From positions 3,467 through 67,466 of the forward strand of contig JAFMFD010000006.1 in NCBI GenBank assembly GCA_017856385.1: a stretch of 64,000 bases of DNA, written 5' to 3'. How positions within the stretch are numbered: position 1 is the first letter of the stretch; every line of letters begins with the position of its first letter. The DNA is from Actinomycetota bacterium. Its GTDB lineage: Bacteria; Actinomycetota; Actinomycetes; S36-B12. Below are positions 32,511 to 42,712 of this stretch, piece by piece. The notes under the pieces are model-generated. The model was given only the letters and a program-made list of their open reading frames with translations. It made no database searches and was not told where the DNA came from. The position numbers and the translations under genes are program-made.

Positions 32511-32523
32511 GGCTTGAGTCTAG

Positions 32524-32545
32524 CACATACCCTAGGGGGTATGTG
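32524..32545. promoter_or_regulatory. CsoR-family operator in the trx promoter
   Basis: CACATACCC-tagg-GGGTATGTG palindrome just upstream of the trx -10 box. Confidence 0.7.
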
Positions 32546-32592
32546 GGGACGGAGTTCCGTGAGGTTCGTCGTTCCCGGCCTACACTCGCCCC

Positions 32593-32868
32593 ATGTCGAC
32601 GACCCCGCTCGAGACCCCCGGCCTGTCCGGGGGCACCCTGCTGGAGGAGCGCACCACCTCGGGTGACGAGGGCGACCACGAGCGCTTCGCCCACTACGTC
32701 GAGAAGGACAAGATCGTCGAGAGTGCGGTCATGGGCACGCCGGTCAAGGCGCTGTGCGGGAAGGTCTGGGTTCCGGGCCGCGATCCGTCCCGCTTCCCCA
32801 TCTGCCCCGACTGCCAGGAGATCCACGCCAAGCTGCCGCGCGGCGGCGGGTCCGACGGCGGCTCCTGA
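32593..32868 (+). CDS. DUF3039 family protein
   Basis: GDHERFAHYV, ALCGKVWVP, CPDC. Confidence 0.88.
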   Translation: MSTTPLETPGLSGGTLLEERTTSGDEGDHERFAHYVEKDKIVESAVMGTPVKALCGKVWVPGRDPSRFPICPDCQEIHAKLPRGGGSDGGS

Positions 32869-32887
32869 TCTGCGCACGGTGACCCGC

Positions 32888-33526
32888 ATGCGCGCCACGG
32901 CGGCGCTGTCGGCGGCCGGGCTCGCAGCCCTGCTGGGCCTGTCCGCATGCGGCACCGGCGCCGCGTCGTCGGTTTCCGCCACCCCTCCGGCGGCCAGCGT
33001 CGAGCCGTCTCCCGAGCCCGCGCTGGACGAGTGCTCGACGGAGAACCTCACGGTGGTCAATCCGGGGCAGCTGACCGTCGCGCTGCTCGGCTCGCCGGAG
33101 GAGCCGATGTTCGTGGACGGCGAGCCGGGCAGCGGCGAGGGCTTCGAGGCCGCGCTGGTCTACGGCATCGCCGACGGCCTGGGGTTCGGCCCGACGCAGG
33201 TGCAGTGGCTCACAGCGTCGGTCGACACCGAGGTGGTCGACGGGGTCGTCGCCGAGGGCGGCCGGCGCGCGGACTTCGTCATCGGCCGGCTCACCGAGCC
33301 GCCGGCCCTCGGCCTGGAGCTGTCCGACCCGTACCTGCTCCGGGAGCCCGGTGGGGACGCCTACGCCCTGGCCTTCATCACCGGGAACCCCCTGCGCACG
33401 TGCGTCAACGGGGTGCTCTCCCAGCTCGCGCTCGAGGGCGAGATCCAGGAGCTGATCGACACCTGGCTCGCCAGCACCCCCCTGAGCGGGGGGCAACCAG
33501 TCACATCCGTCACTCGCGTGTCATGA
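32888..33526 (+). CDS. Lipoprotein resembling a short polar amino-acid ABC substrate-binding protein
   Basis: Lipobox LSAC; PGQLTVA, GEGFEAALVYGIADGLGF, CVNGVL..L..W; no permease nearby. Confidence 0.65.
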   Translation: MRATAALSAAGLAALLGLSACGTGAASSVSATPPAASVEPSPEPALDECSTENLTVVNPGQLTVALLGSPEEPMFVDGEPGSGEGFEAALVYGIADGLGFGPTQVQWLTASVDTEVVDGVVAEGGRRADFVIGRLTEPPALGLELSDPYLLREPGGDAYALAFITGNPLRTCVNGVLSQLALEGEIQELIDTWLASTPLSGGQPVTSVTRVS

Positions 33527-33594
33527 CCGCTATGCGGTCGCGCGCCCCTATCGTGAGGCGGGGCGCATGGTGCGCCCAGTGAAGGAGTGGGTCC

Positions 33595-34173
33595 ATGGCA
33601 AACGTCGATGTGGTGGATGATCCGGCGGCATTGAAGGAGATCAGCAAGTCCTGGGGCGTGATCTTGTTCCTCGGCCTGCTGAGCCTGATCATCGGCATCC
33701 TCATCATGGTGTGGCCGGGCAAGACCACGGTGGTCGTCGCCGTGATCCTCGCCATCTGGCTGGTCGTCACGGGCATCTTCCAGATCTTCCGCGGCTTCGG
33801 CCGGGGCATCTCCGGAGGCATGCGCGCCCTGCTGTTCATCGGCGGTGCACTGTCGCTCATCCTGGGCCTGTTCGCCTTCCGCGGCTTCGTCGTCGAGGAC
33901 TCCCCGATCGATGCGGTGTGGCTGCTCGCCCTCTTCGTCGGTATCAGCTTCATCTTCCAGGGCATCGGCCAGCTGATCGAGGCCGGCGAGTACAAGGACG
34001 GCCGCGGCTGGAACATCTTCGGCGGCATCGTCAGCCTGCTCCTGGGCATCATCATCCTGATCACGCCGGCGGACATCGTGCTGCTGACGTGGATCTTCGG
34101 CATCTTCGTCGTCATCAGCGGCATCGTGCTGATCGTGAGCGCGTTCCGCGTGAAGGGCCTGGCCAAGGCCTAG
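33595..34173 (+). CDS. HdeD/DUF308 family membrane protein
   Basis: Six Gly-containing TMs, WPGKT motif; AAGGAG RBS. Confidence 0.85.
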   Translation: MANVDVVDDPAALKEISKSWGVILFLGLLSLIIGILIMVWPGKTTVVVAVILAIWLVVTGIFQIFRGFGRGISGGMRALLFIGGALSLILGLFAFRGFVVEDSPIDAVWLLALFVGISFIFQGIGQLIEAGEYKDGRGWNIFGGIVSLLLGIIILITPADIVLLTWIFGIFVVISGIVLIVSAFRVKGLAKA

Positions 34174-34193
34174 GCAGAGGCGCAGGCACCGTC

Positions 34194-34841
34194 ATGGCTG
34201 CCGAGACCTCACAGACCCTCGACCGGGGGCTGCGCGTCCTGGAAGTCGTCGCGCAGTCCCCGGAGGGGCTGACCGTCACGGAGCTGGCGGCCATGCTCGG
34301 CATCGGCCGCACCGTCGTCTACCGGCTGGTCGTCACCCTCGAACAGCACGCCCTGGTCCGCCGCTCGACCGACGGGCGCTGCCGCCTGGGCCTCGGGGTG
34401 CTGGCCTTCGGCCGGCAGCTCCAGCCCGTCGTGCGCGACACCGCGCTGCCCGCCCTGCGACTGCTCGCCGATGCGGTCGGCGCGACCGCCGTCCTCACCA
34501 TCGTGGACGGCCCCGACGGCCTGGCGGCCGTCGTCGTGGAGCCCGCACGCTCGGACCTGCATGTGGGGCTGCGCCCCGGTGCACGCCAGCCGCTGGAGAA
34601 CACCGCGACGGGCCGCGCCATCCTCGCGGCCCGCACCATGGCGGGCCGACCCCTGGAGCCGCCGTGGGTCGTCACCACGGGCGATGGTCCCCAGGGTGCC
34701 TACGGACTCGCCGTCCCGATCCCCGGAGTGCCCGGCCTGGAGGCGAGCGTCGGAGTGCTCGCGCTGCGCGAGCTGCCTGAGCAGGAGGTGGGCCAGCGGG
34801 TGGCCCGCGCTGCCGGCGAGATCGCCCGCGCGCTGCGCTGA
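34194..34841 (+). CDS. IclR family regulator
   Basis: SQTLDRGLRVLE..LTVTELAAMLGIGRTVVYRLVVTL; TATGRAILA. Confidence 0.88.
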   Translation: MAAETSQTLDRGLRVLEVVAQSPEGLTVTELAAMLGIGRTVVYRLVVTLEQHALVRRSTDGRCRLGLGVLAFGRQLQPVVRDTALPALRLLADAVGATAVLTIVDGPDGLAAVVVEPARSDLHVGLRPGARQPLENTATGRAILAARTMAGRPLEPPWVVTTGDGPQGAYGLAVPIPGVPGLEASVGVLALRELPEQEVGQRVARAAGEIARALR

Positions 34842-34972
34842 TCGACCCTTACCGGACGCTTACCGCGCTCCCGTCGTCCGCCAACGTTGCGCGACCACCC
34901 TTGATGACGGAGGTCGGACAGCCCGGGCTCCCCGTGCGGACACCGTCCACGCGGATCGCGGGAAGGATCGCC

Positions 34973-35599
<627 letters not shown>

Positions 35600-35616
35600 C
35601 CAGCCCGCGATCTTTC

Positions 35617-35680
35617 TCGCGAGCGGGCAGTTGCCGGGCACGAATCCCTTCGCGGGAGGCCGGTAGCTGCCCGTTCGCGA
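35617..35680 (+). terminator. Long hairpin between convergent genes
   Basis: 21-bp stem with three G-U pairs and an inner tccc-ttcgc-ggga hairpin. Confidence 0.55.
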
Positions 35681-35688
35681 ATGCGCGG

Positions 35689-36951
35689 CTAACGCCAGCA
35701 GCCGGCGACCGTCGCCGTCAGCCCATCCACGGCCTGCCTCGTCGACAGCGCGGAGTACCGCTGCGGCCGGTCGTTCACCAGGATCGAGAAGATCCGCTCC
35801 GGCGCATCGCCCGGCGCCGAGACCCCGGACAGGCCGATGGTGTCGAAGAGCGTGCCCGTCTTCGCCATCACGTCGCCCCGCGCACAGCGTGACCGCTTGG
35901 TGACGAATCGGCCGTAGCGGTCGTCGAGCGTCCCGCTGACGCCCGACACCGGCATCGCGTCCTTCTCGAACATGACGCGGAACGGCTCGGGGTTCGTCAC
36001 GCGCACGACGCGCAGCAGGTCGACCAGGAACCGGGGCGTCACCCTGTCCTCGCGCGAGAGGCCACTGCCGTCGCGCAGTGCCGTGCCGGCGATGTCGACG
36101 CCGAGTCCGGCCACGACTTGCTCCGCGGCGAGGCGTGAGCCCTTCCAGTCGGGCACGTTGCCGGTCGCGCGGGCGACCTGGCGGTACAGCACCTCCGCGA
36201 CGTTGTTCTCCGAGATGCGCAGCATGATCCGAACAGCCTCGGCGACGGTGTGGCCTCGGGACTCCGCGAGGATCGGCGCCTCGCCCGCCTCGGCATCCTC
36301 GCCGATCGTGACGGTGTAGCCCAGCGCGCGCAGGCGCTTGGCGAACACCTCCGCGGCCTTCGTGCTCGGGTCCTTGCTGTAGTCCCAGATCCGCGCGAGC
36401 GGCTCCACCGACGACACCACCGACGGGATGTAGCCCGAGGTCCAGCCGGGCTCGCGACCGTCGTCCGCGAACAGGTCGTCGTCGACGCGGACCACCAGGG
36501 GCGATCCCGGTGGGACGGTGGCGACCAGGGTCGCGGCGGTGTCCCGGGCGAGCCGCTTCAGCTCACGGGTGCTCAGCAGCGGATCCCCGCCGCCCTCGAG
36601 GATCACCTCGCCGGGCGTCGCCCCGGCCCGCACCCTGGTCGTGAACCGGGTGTCCGGGCCCATCGCGGCCAGAGCTGTCACGGCCGTGACGATCTTCATG
36701 TTCGAGGCCGGCAGCATCGAGCGTGTGCCTTCGCGGTCGGCGAGCACCTCGCCGGTGGCCGCATCGACGGCGAGCACCGCGACGTTGCCGCCGAGGCGGG
36801 GGTCGTCCATGCGCCGGTCGATCAGCTCACCGATGGTCCGCTCCGTGGGGGCGGCCGCTGCCAGGGGGGCCAGGGGCCCGAGGAGCAGGGCGGAGAGGGC
36901 CAGGGCTGCTCCCGCAGGGGCAAGCAGGGGCAGCGGCCGGGCGGAGCGCAT
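35689..36951 (-). CDS. dacB: D-Ala-D-Ala carboxypeptidase/endopeptidase (PBP4, S13)
   Basis: PASNMK, GGGDP, SEN, DGSGLSR, AKTGTL. Confidence 0.92.
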   Translation of the reverse strand: MRSARPLPLLAPAGAALALSALLLGPLAPLAAAAPTERTIGELIDRRMDDPRLGGNVAVLAVDAATGEVLADREGTRSMLPASNMKIVTAVTALAAMGPDTRFTTRVRAGATPGEVILEGGGDPLLSTRELKRLARDTAATLVATVPPGSPLVVRVDDDLFADDGREPGWTSGYIPSVVSSVEPLARIWDYSKDPSTKAAEVFAKRLRALGYTVTIGEDAEAGEAPILAESRGHTVAEAVRIMLRISENNVAEVLYRQVARATGNVPDWKGSRLAAEQVVAGLGVDIAGTALRDGSGLSREDRVTPRFLVDLLRVVRVTNPEPFRVMFEKDAMPVSGVSGTLDDRYGRFVTKRSRCARGDVMAKTGTLFDTIGLSGVSAPGDAPERIFSILVNDRPQRYSALSTRQAVDGLTATVAGCWR

Positions 36952-37051
36952 GGGGTCCATCGTGCGACAGGCCGGGGGACCCCCGGTGCCCGGGGGGTCC
37001 GGGCGGCGTGTCGCAGAATGGAGCGGACCCGTCCCCTGACGAAGGTGTCCC

Positions 37052-38893
37052 GTGCGCCGTCTGCCGTCCTTCCCCGCCCTGCTGCACGTCCCGGCCGTGG
37101 TCGCCCTCGTGGCGTCCGCCCTGGTGGGTGCCGTGCTGGTGAGCGCTCCCGCCGACCCGGCCAGGGCCGACGGGCCGGCCCGGATCGCCAGCGGCTGGCT
37201 GCCCTACTGGATGACCACCCCGGCAAGCCCGCAGGGCGTCACGTCCGCGGTGCAGAACGCGGACCTGTTCGTCGATGTCTCGCCCTTCTGGTACTCCGCG
37301 GTGAAGAAGGGCGACAGCGTGGGCGTCGTCATCAACCCGAACTTCACCAACGGTGCGGCGAACATCGCGTGGGCGATGGGCCAGCTGAAGGCGGCCGGGC
37401 TGACCGTGCTGCCGGCGATCGCCGATGGCTCGGGCAAGGGGCAGATGGCAAAGTCCCTCGCCGATCCGGCGAAGCGGACCGCGCACGTGCAGGAGATCGT
37501 CAACCTGGTGACGTCGAACGGGTACGACGGCATCGACCTCGACTACGAGACGTTCGCCTTCTCCGACGGATCATCGAGCTGGGGGGCGACGCAGCCGAAC
37601 TGGACGGCCTTCGTCACTGAGCTCGGCGCTGCGCTCGATGCGCAGGGCAAGCTGCTCTCGGTGACGATCCCGCCGCCGTGCAGCACCTCTGGCGCATGCG
37701 GCGACCGAACGGGCTACTGGGTCTACAACATGGCGGCGATCGCACCGGCCGTCGACCGCATCCGGATCATGGCCTACGACTACCACGTGCACGGCATCGG
37801 GCCGATCGCGCCGATGCCGTGGGTGCGCTCGATCGTGGCGTACTCGGCATCGGTGATGGACCCGGCCAAGCTCCAGATCGGCGTGCCGACCTACGGCCGC
37901 GCATGGACGCGCAAGCAGGGCAGCTCGTTCATGCTCGAGGGCACCTGCCCGAGCTCGAGCACGTCCGCCTACAAGTCGCTCACCGGGATGACGTCCGTGA
38001 CCGATGCGAACATCCCCGGGGCCCTCGCCTCGGCGGGGGTGACACCGGATCGGATCCAGTGGTCGGACAAGGACCAGGAGAACTGGGTCACGTACGACAA
38101 GAAGCTCGAGTGGACGGACGCCAGCGGTGCGCGCCAGACCTGCGTCGCCAAGCGCATCATGTGGTGGGTCGGTCCCCAGGCGGTGCTGGCGCGCACGCAG
38201 CTGGTCGGGGAATTCGGGCTCAGTGCAGCCGCCTTCTGGACGGTCGGCGGCGAGGATCCTGCGCAGTGGCCGCTGCTGCGCTCCTACGCGCAGTCGCTTG
38301 CCCCGGCCTCAACCGATGTGACAGCCGCGGCACCGCCATCCGTGGTGTTCGGCAGTCCGCTCCAGGTCACGGCCACGGTGGCCTCGGCGGGTGCTCCGCT
38401 GGCAGGTGTCCCGGCTGTGCTGCAGTTCAAGCCGTCGCCCGGCAAGGGCCGCTACACCGACATTGCTTCGGCCGCCGTCGGCCCGGATGGAGCCGTGGCC
38501 TTCGAGGTGGCACCCCAGCAGGGCGGCTTCTGGCGGGTGTACGTGCCGGCCCAGGACGCGCGCACGCAGGGCGAGAGCGCCCCCGTGACGGTCCAGGTGC
38601 TCTCCCTCGTCACCGCGACCCCGAAGTCCGCGAGGGTGCCGCGCGACGGCTCGGTCGTCGTGCGCGCGTGGGCGCGTCCTGCCGTCGCCGGCCAGCAGGT
38701 GGTGCTCCAGCTGCTCAAGGGCAAGCGCTGGAAGACGGTCTCCGCCGCCACGGTTAACGGGCGTGGGCGCGCACGCCTGGTCGCCGATACGCCGAACGAC
38801 AAGGGTCGGTACACCTACCGCGTCGTGGCGGTCGAGCGTGGCGGGATCCAGGCGAACACGTCCACCGAGATCCCCATCCGGGTGACGAGGTAG
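37052..38893 (+). CDS. Secreted GH18 glycoside hydrolase with C-terminal Ig-like domains
   Basis: [22 protein letters not shown]; signal peptide. Confidence 0.88.
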   Translation: MRRLPSFPALLHVPAVVALVASALVGAVLVSAPADPARADGPARIASGWLPYWMTTPASPQGVTSAVQNADLFVDVSPFWYSAVKKGDSVGVVINPNFTNGAANIAWAMGQLKAAGLTVLPAIADGSGKGQMAKSLADPAKRTAHVQEIVNLVTSNGYDGIDLDYETFAFSDGSSSWGATQPNWTAFVTELGAALDAQGKLLSVTIPPPCSTSGACGDRTGYWVYNMAAIAPAVDRIRIMAYDYHVHGIGPIAPMPWVRSIVAYSASVMDPAKLQIGVPTYGRAWTRKQGSSFMLEGTCPSSSTSAYKSLTGMTSVTDANIPGALASAGVTPDRIQWSDKDQENWVTYDKKLEWTDASGARQTCVAKRIMWWVGPQAVLARTQLVGEFGLSAAAFWTVGGEDPAQWPLLRSYAQSLAPASTDVTAAAPPSVVFGSPLQVTATVASAGAPLAGVPAVLQFKPSPGKGRYTDIASAAVGPDGAVAFEVAPQQGGFWRVYVPAQDARTQGESAPVTVQVLSLVTATPKSARVPRDGSVVVRAWARPAVAGQQVVLQLLKGKRWKTVSAATVNGRGRARLVADTPNDKGRYTYRVVAVERGGIQANTSTEIPIRVTR

Positions 38894-38906
38894 CAGGATG
38901 GGAGCC

Positions 38907-39191
38907 ATGTCGGTGGCTCCCGCGGAGATCGTCCAGCCCGAGACCGTCGTCACGACGGAGCGCGCGTGGATCACCATCGTCTGGAACGATCCCGTGAACC
39001 TGATGTCCTATGTCACGTACGTCTTCATGGAGTACTTCCACTACGACCGTGCGATGGCGGAGAAGCTGATGATGGACGTGCACGAGAAGGGGCGAGCCGT
39101 GGTTTCGTCGGGCACGCGCGAGGAGATGGAGCGAGACGTCACCGCGATGCACGGCTACGGGCTGTGGGCGACGATGCAGAGGGATGACTGA
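38907..39191 (+). CDS. clpS: Clp protease adaptor ClpS
   Basis: [28 protein letters not shown]. Confidence 0.95.
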   Translation: MSVAPAEIVQPETVVTTERAWITIVWNDPVNLMSYVTYVFMEYFHYDRAMAEKLMMDVHEKGRAVVSSGTREEMERDVTAMHGYGLWATMQRDD

Positions 39192-39754
39192 TGGTCCGGA
39201 TCCTGCCCACGGCGTCGGGTGAGCGGGGTGCCCGGATCGAGCTGGCGGAGGTGGAGGCCGCGCTGCTCGCGAGCCTGGCCCAGCAGCTGGTCGACCTCGT
39301 GGGCGTGCCGGACGAGCCGGCCGCGGATCCCCTGGCGGCGCTGGTCGGCATCGATCCGCATGCCGCGCCCTCGGAGGATCCAGCCGTGCTCCGACTGCTG
39401 CCCGACGCCTTCGTCGATGACGACGAGGCCTCGGCGGAGTTCCGCCGGTTCACCGAGCGCGACCTGCGCGAGCGCAAGTCCCGCGATGCGCGTGCGGTCG
39501 CGGCCGACGTGACCACCAGCGCGGAGGGCGGCGTCGTCCTGGACCTCACCGGGGAGCGGCTGGCCAACTGGCTCGGCATGTTCAACGACGCACGGCTGGT
39601 TCTCGGGTCCCGCCTCGGGATCACCGACGACAGCCACGACGAGCTCGCCGACCTCGCGCCGGATGATTCGCGCGCGCCTCTGGTCGAGCTGTACGGGTGG
39701 CTGACCTACGTGCAGGACGGCATCGTCCAGCAACTGCTGGAGCCCCCGGCCTGA
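39191..39754 (+). CDS. DUF2017 family protein
   Basis: DPAVLRLLPDAF, EFRRFTE, NDARLVLG; usual clpS neighbour. Confidence 0.88.
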   Translation: MVRILPTASGERGARIELAEVEAALLASLAQQLVDLVGVPDEPAADPLAALVGIDPHAAPSEDPAVLRLLPDAFVDDDEASAEFRRFTERDLRERKSRDARAVAADVTTSAEGGVVLDLTGERLANWLGMFNDARLVLGSRLGITDDSHDELADLAPDDSRAPLVELYGWLTYVQDGIVQQLLEPPA

Positions 39755-39770
39755 CGGCCGGGGGCTCCAG
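39737..39770. terminator. Bidirectional hairpin between DUF2017 and rhodopsin genes
   Basis: 15-bp stem ctggagcccccggcc / ggccgggggctccag. Confidence 0.75.
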
Positions 39771-39809
39771 TGCGTGCAGTCGGCTGATCGGCTGATCAGC
39801 CGATGTGGA

Positions 39810-40661
39810 TCAGGCGCGATCCCCTCCCATGCTGGACGGCGCCTCCTTGAACTCGTCCTCGGCGAACTGCGGGCTGTCGTACCGGCTCTTCTCGCGGGCG
39901 ATCTTGTAGATCAGCAGGCCGAACCAGCACTTGGCGAGCACGTCCGCGATCGAGTAGCCGACCTGGCGCCACACGAACGCGTCCGGGCCGTCGAACCCGA
40001 ACATCGGGAACATGTAGGAGATCGGGTACACGCCCCAGGTGGCCAGCAGCAGCCAGCGCAGGCCGTTGAGGTCCTTGCGCACCTGCTCCGGCTGGGTGCG
40101 CATGCTCTTGGAGAGCTCGGCGAACAGCACGTAGAGGATGAACAGGAACGGGATGGTGCTGAGCGCGCCCCAGATCGCCTTGGTCGTGGTGTCGGCGCTG
40201 ATCTCGCCGGGGTAGCCCAGCACGATCATCGCGATGGCGGCCGGGATGAGTTTGAGCATGAGGCCGCGACGGACGAGCGGTGCGAGCGCGAGGACGGCGA
40301 TCGCCTCGAACAGCAGCAGCGGGACCGTGAGGATCCAGTCGACGTAGCGGTAGCCCTCGTTGAAGCCCTCGCCCGCGACGAGCGCGTAGGTGACGTCCAT
40401 GATCGTCCGGCCCTCGGCGAGGGGATCGCCCTCGCCCACGGCGACATAGGCAGCCTCGAAGGAGTTGAAGATCCGCCAGTAGTGGTAGGCCGCGATGAGT
40501 GTGACGATCGCGGACACGATGATGGCCTGGCGGTAGCGCGGCAGCACCCGGCCCATGGCCGCGAGCAGGAACACCGTGGTCGCGATCATCGAGGCCAGTG
40601 CGAACGACAGCACGTTGTAGACGGTCTGGAACTGACCGTAGGTCAAACTCAATACGTCCAT
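39810..40661 (-). CDS. actR: Actinorhodopsin / xanthorhodopsin-clade light-driven proton pump (DTE)
   Basis: 7 TM; AAYHYWRI; YRYVDWILTVPLLLFE; GYPGE; WGALSTIPF; WGVYPI; DVLAK Schiff-base Lys; GGAG RBS. Confidence 0.95.
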   Translation of the reverse strand: MDVLSLTYGQFQTVYNVLSFALASMIATTVFLLAAMGRVLPRYRQAIIVSAIVTLIAAYHYWRIFNSFEAAYVAVGEGDPLAEGRTIMDVTYALVAGEGFNEGYRYVDWILTVPLLLFEAIAVLALAPLVRRGLMLKLIPAAIAMIVLGYPGEISADTTTKAIWGALSTIPFLFILYVLFAELSKSMRTQPEQVRKDLNGLRWLLLATWGVYPISYMFPMFGFDGPDAFVWRQVGYSIADVLAKCWFGLLIYKIAREKSRYDSPQFAEDEFKEAPSSMGGDRA

Positions 40662-40792
40662 GACTCTCCGTTCCCCGCCGACGAACGGTCGGCTCCCTTG
40701 GTCCCGGATACCCGGGCGCTCCGACGCTTCTCCTCTTCGCCCAAGGCGGCAAGTTGACAAACCATTGGCGCGAATAACGAATTGGTAACGAT

Positions 40793-40808
40793 TGTGGCGT
40801 GGATCACA
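40793..40808. promoter_or_regulatory. CRP/GlxR-like box between rhodopsin and cysO-like/murI operon
   Basis: TGTGG-cgtgga-TCACA beside an AT-rich promoter stretch. Confidence 0.55.
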
Positions 40809-40833
40809 GCAGACCTCCCTCTAGCCTTGGCCC

Positions 40834-41175
40834 ATGCCGGTCCACGTGCGCCTTCCCCAGGCCCTCGCCGACCTCACCGGGGGCCAGCGGCAGGCCTCGG
40901 TCGAGGCGGGTGCCGTGGGTGTGGAGCCCACCGTCTCCGGGCTGCTGGGGGTGCTCGACGCGCGCTACCCGGGCGTGGCGGCCCGGTTGCTGGACGAGAG
41001 CGGGCTGCGGCGCTACGTGAACGTCTACGTCAATGGGCGCGACATCCGTCTCGGCGACGGCCTCGGCACCGTCCTGCGCCCGGGCGACGCGGTCTGGATT
41101 CTGCCCTCCTCCTCGGGTGGCATGCCCGCGTCGCTGGGCATGTGGCCGCCTTCTTGGCAGGAGTCCTCGGCGTGA
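40834..41175 (+). CDS. MoaD/ThiS (CysO-like) ubiquitin-fold protein with a 17-aa extension after GG
   Basis: [26 protein letters not shown] then [17 protein letters not shown]. Confidence 0.75.
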   Translation: MPVHVRLPQALADLTGGQRQASVEAGAVGVEPTVSGLLGVLDARYPGVAARLLDESGLRRYVNVYVNGRDIRLGDGLGTVLRPGDAVWILPSSSGGMPASLGMWPPSWQESSA

Positions 41176-41966
41176 ACGACGCCCCCATCGGGATCTTCGA
41201 CTCCGGGGTGGGCGGCCTGACCGTCGCCCGCGCCGTCATCGATCAGCTCCCGCACGAGCCCGTGCGGTACGTCGGCGACACCGCGCGCGGACCCTACGGC
41301 CCGCGCCCGATCGCGGAGGTGCGCTCGTTCTCGCTGGAGATCATGGACCAGCTCGTCGACGACGGCGTCAAGCTCCTGGTCATCGCCTGCAACTCGGCGA
41401 GCGCGGCGACGCTGCGCGATGCCCGCGAGCGCTACGACGTCCCGGTCGTCGAGGTGGTGCACCCCGCCGCGCGACGTGCTGCGGCCGCGACGCGCTCAGG
41501 CCACGTGGGGGTCATCGGCACGCAGGCCACTATCACCTCGGGTGCGTACATCGACGCCTTCATGGCGGCCCCGCACATCCAGGTCACGTCTGTGGCCTGC
41601 CCGCGGTTCGTCGAGTTCGTGGAGGCCGGCATCACGTCCGGCCCGGAGCTGATCGCCGCCGCCGAGGGCTACCTCGCCCCGGTGAAGGAGGCCGGGGTCG
41701 ACACCCTCGTGCTCGGCTGCACGCACTACCCGCTGCTCACCGGCGTGCTGGCCTACGTCATGGGCGAGGACGTCACGCTCGTCAGCAGCGCGGAGGAGAC
41801 GGCCAAGGACGTCTACCGCACCCTCGTCGCGAACGACCTGCTGCGCGATCCCGGACTGTCGGACCCCGAGCACCAGTTCCTGGTGTCGGGCGATCCGCGC
41901 GACTTCCAGCGCCTTGGGCGCCGCTTCCTCGGTCCGGAGATCGGGGCCGTGCAGGTCCTGCCGTGA
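41172..41966 (+). CDS. murI: Glutamate racemase
   Basis: [25 protein letters not shown]. Confidence 0.95.
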   Translation: MNDAPIGIFDSGVGGLTVARAVIDQLPHEPVRYVGDTARGPYGPRPIAEVRSFSLEIMDQLVDDGVKLLVIACNSASAATLRDARERYDVPVVEVVHPAARRAAAATRSGHVGVIGTQATITSGAYIDAFMAAPHIQVTSVACPRFVEFVEAGITSGPELIAAAEGYLAPVKEAGVDTLVLGCTHYPLLTGVLAYVMGEDVTLVSSAEETAKDVYRTLVANDLLRDPGLSDPEHQFLVSGDPRDFQRLGRRFLGPEIGAVQVLP

Positions 41967-42712
41967 GGCTCACGATCATCGGCTGCGCTGGGTCCTTTCC
42001 CAATGCCGCGTCCCCCGCATCGTGCTACCTGCTTGAGGAGGACGGGCACCGAATAGTCCTCGACCTCGGCAACGGCAGCCTCGGCGCGTTGCAGCAGCAC
42101 GTCGAGCTCGTGTGGCCTGGGGCGCTCGACGCGGTGGTCCTGAGCCACTGCCACGTCGATCACTGCGTCGACCTGGCCTCGCTGTTCGTGCAGCGCCACT
42201 ACGCCCCGCAGCCCACGACCCAGCGGCTTTCGGTGCTCGGGCCTTCGGACACGAGAAGCAGGCTCCAGGGGATCTACGGCCTCGAGGACCCGAGGCCGCT
42301 GGATGCGGAGTTCGTGTTCGAGGTGCTGCGCGACGTGCAACAGGTCGGGCCGTTCCGCATCAGCACCGTGCGCGCCGCCCATCCGGTCGTGGCCTACTCG
42401 ATCCGTGTCGACACCGCCACCGCGAGCCTGGTCTACTCAGGCGACACAGGACCGACCGACGCCCTGGTCGACCTCGCCCGAGGTGCGGACCTGGCGCTCT
42501 TCGAGGCCTCCTTCGTCGGTGCCGGCAATCCGCCGGATGTGCACCTGAGCGGTGCGGACGCCGGACGCGTCGTCCGCGAGGCGCAGGCAGGTCAGCTGAT
42601 GCTCACGCACCTCGTCGCCTGGAATGAGCCAGCGATCGTGCTGTCCGAGGCACAGGCCGAGTTCGACGGGCCGATCACGCTTGCGGAGCCGGGCCTGGTG
42701 GTCGAGCTGTAG
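41963..42712 (+). CDS. MBL-fold metallohydrolase (Rv1339/ElaC-like)
   Basis: GCAGSFP, LDLGNG, SHCHVDH, YSGDTG, LTHL. Confidence 0.88.
   Translation: MRLTIIGCAGSFPNAASPASCYLLEEDGHRIVLDLGNGSLGALQQHVELVWPGALDAVVLSHCHVDHCVDLASLFVQRHYAPQPTTQRLSVLGPSDTRSRLQGIYGLEDPRPLDAEFVFEVLRDVQQVGPFRISTVRAAHPVVAYSIRVDTATASLVYSGDTGPTDALVDLARGADLALFEASFVGAGNPPDVHLSGADAGRVVREAQAGQLMLTHLVAWNEPAIVLSEAQAEFDGPITLAEPGLVVEL

Noticed and set aside
40754-40791. CarH/LitR (B12 photoreceptor) operator at the rhodopsin promoter
   Set aside because: Only one clear TnnACA (TTGACA); the tandem 11-bp series is not maintained
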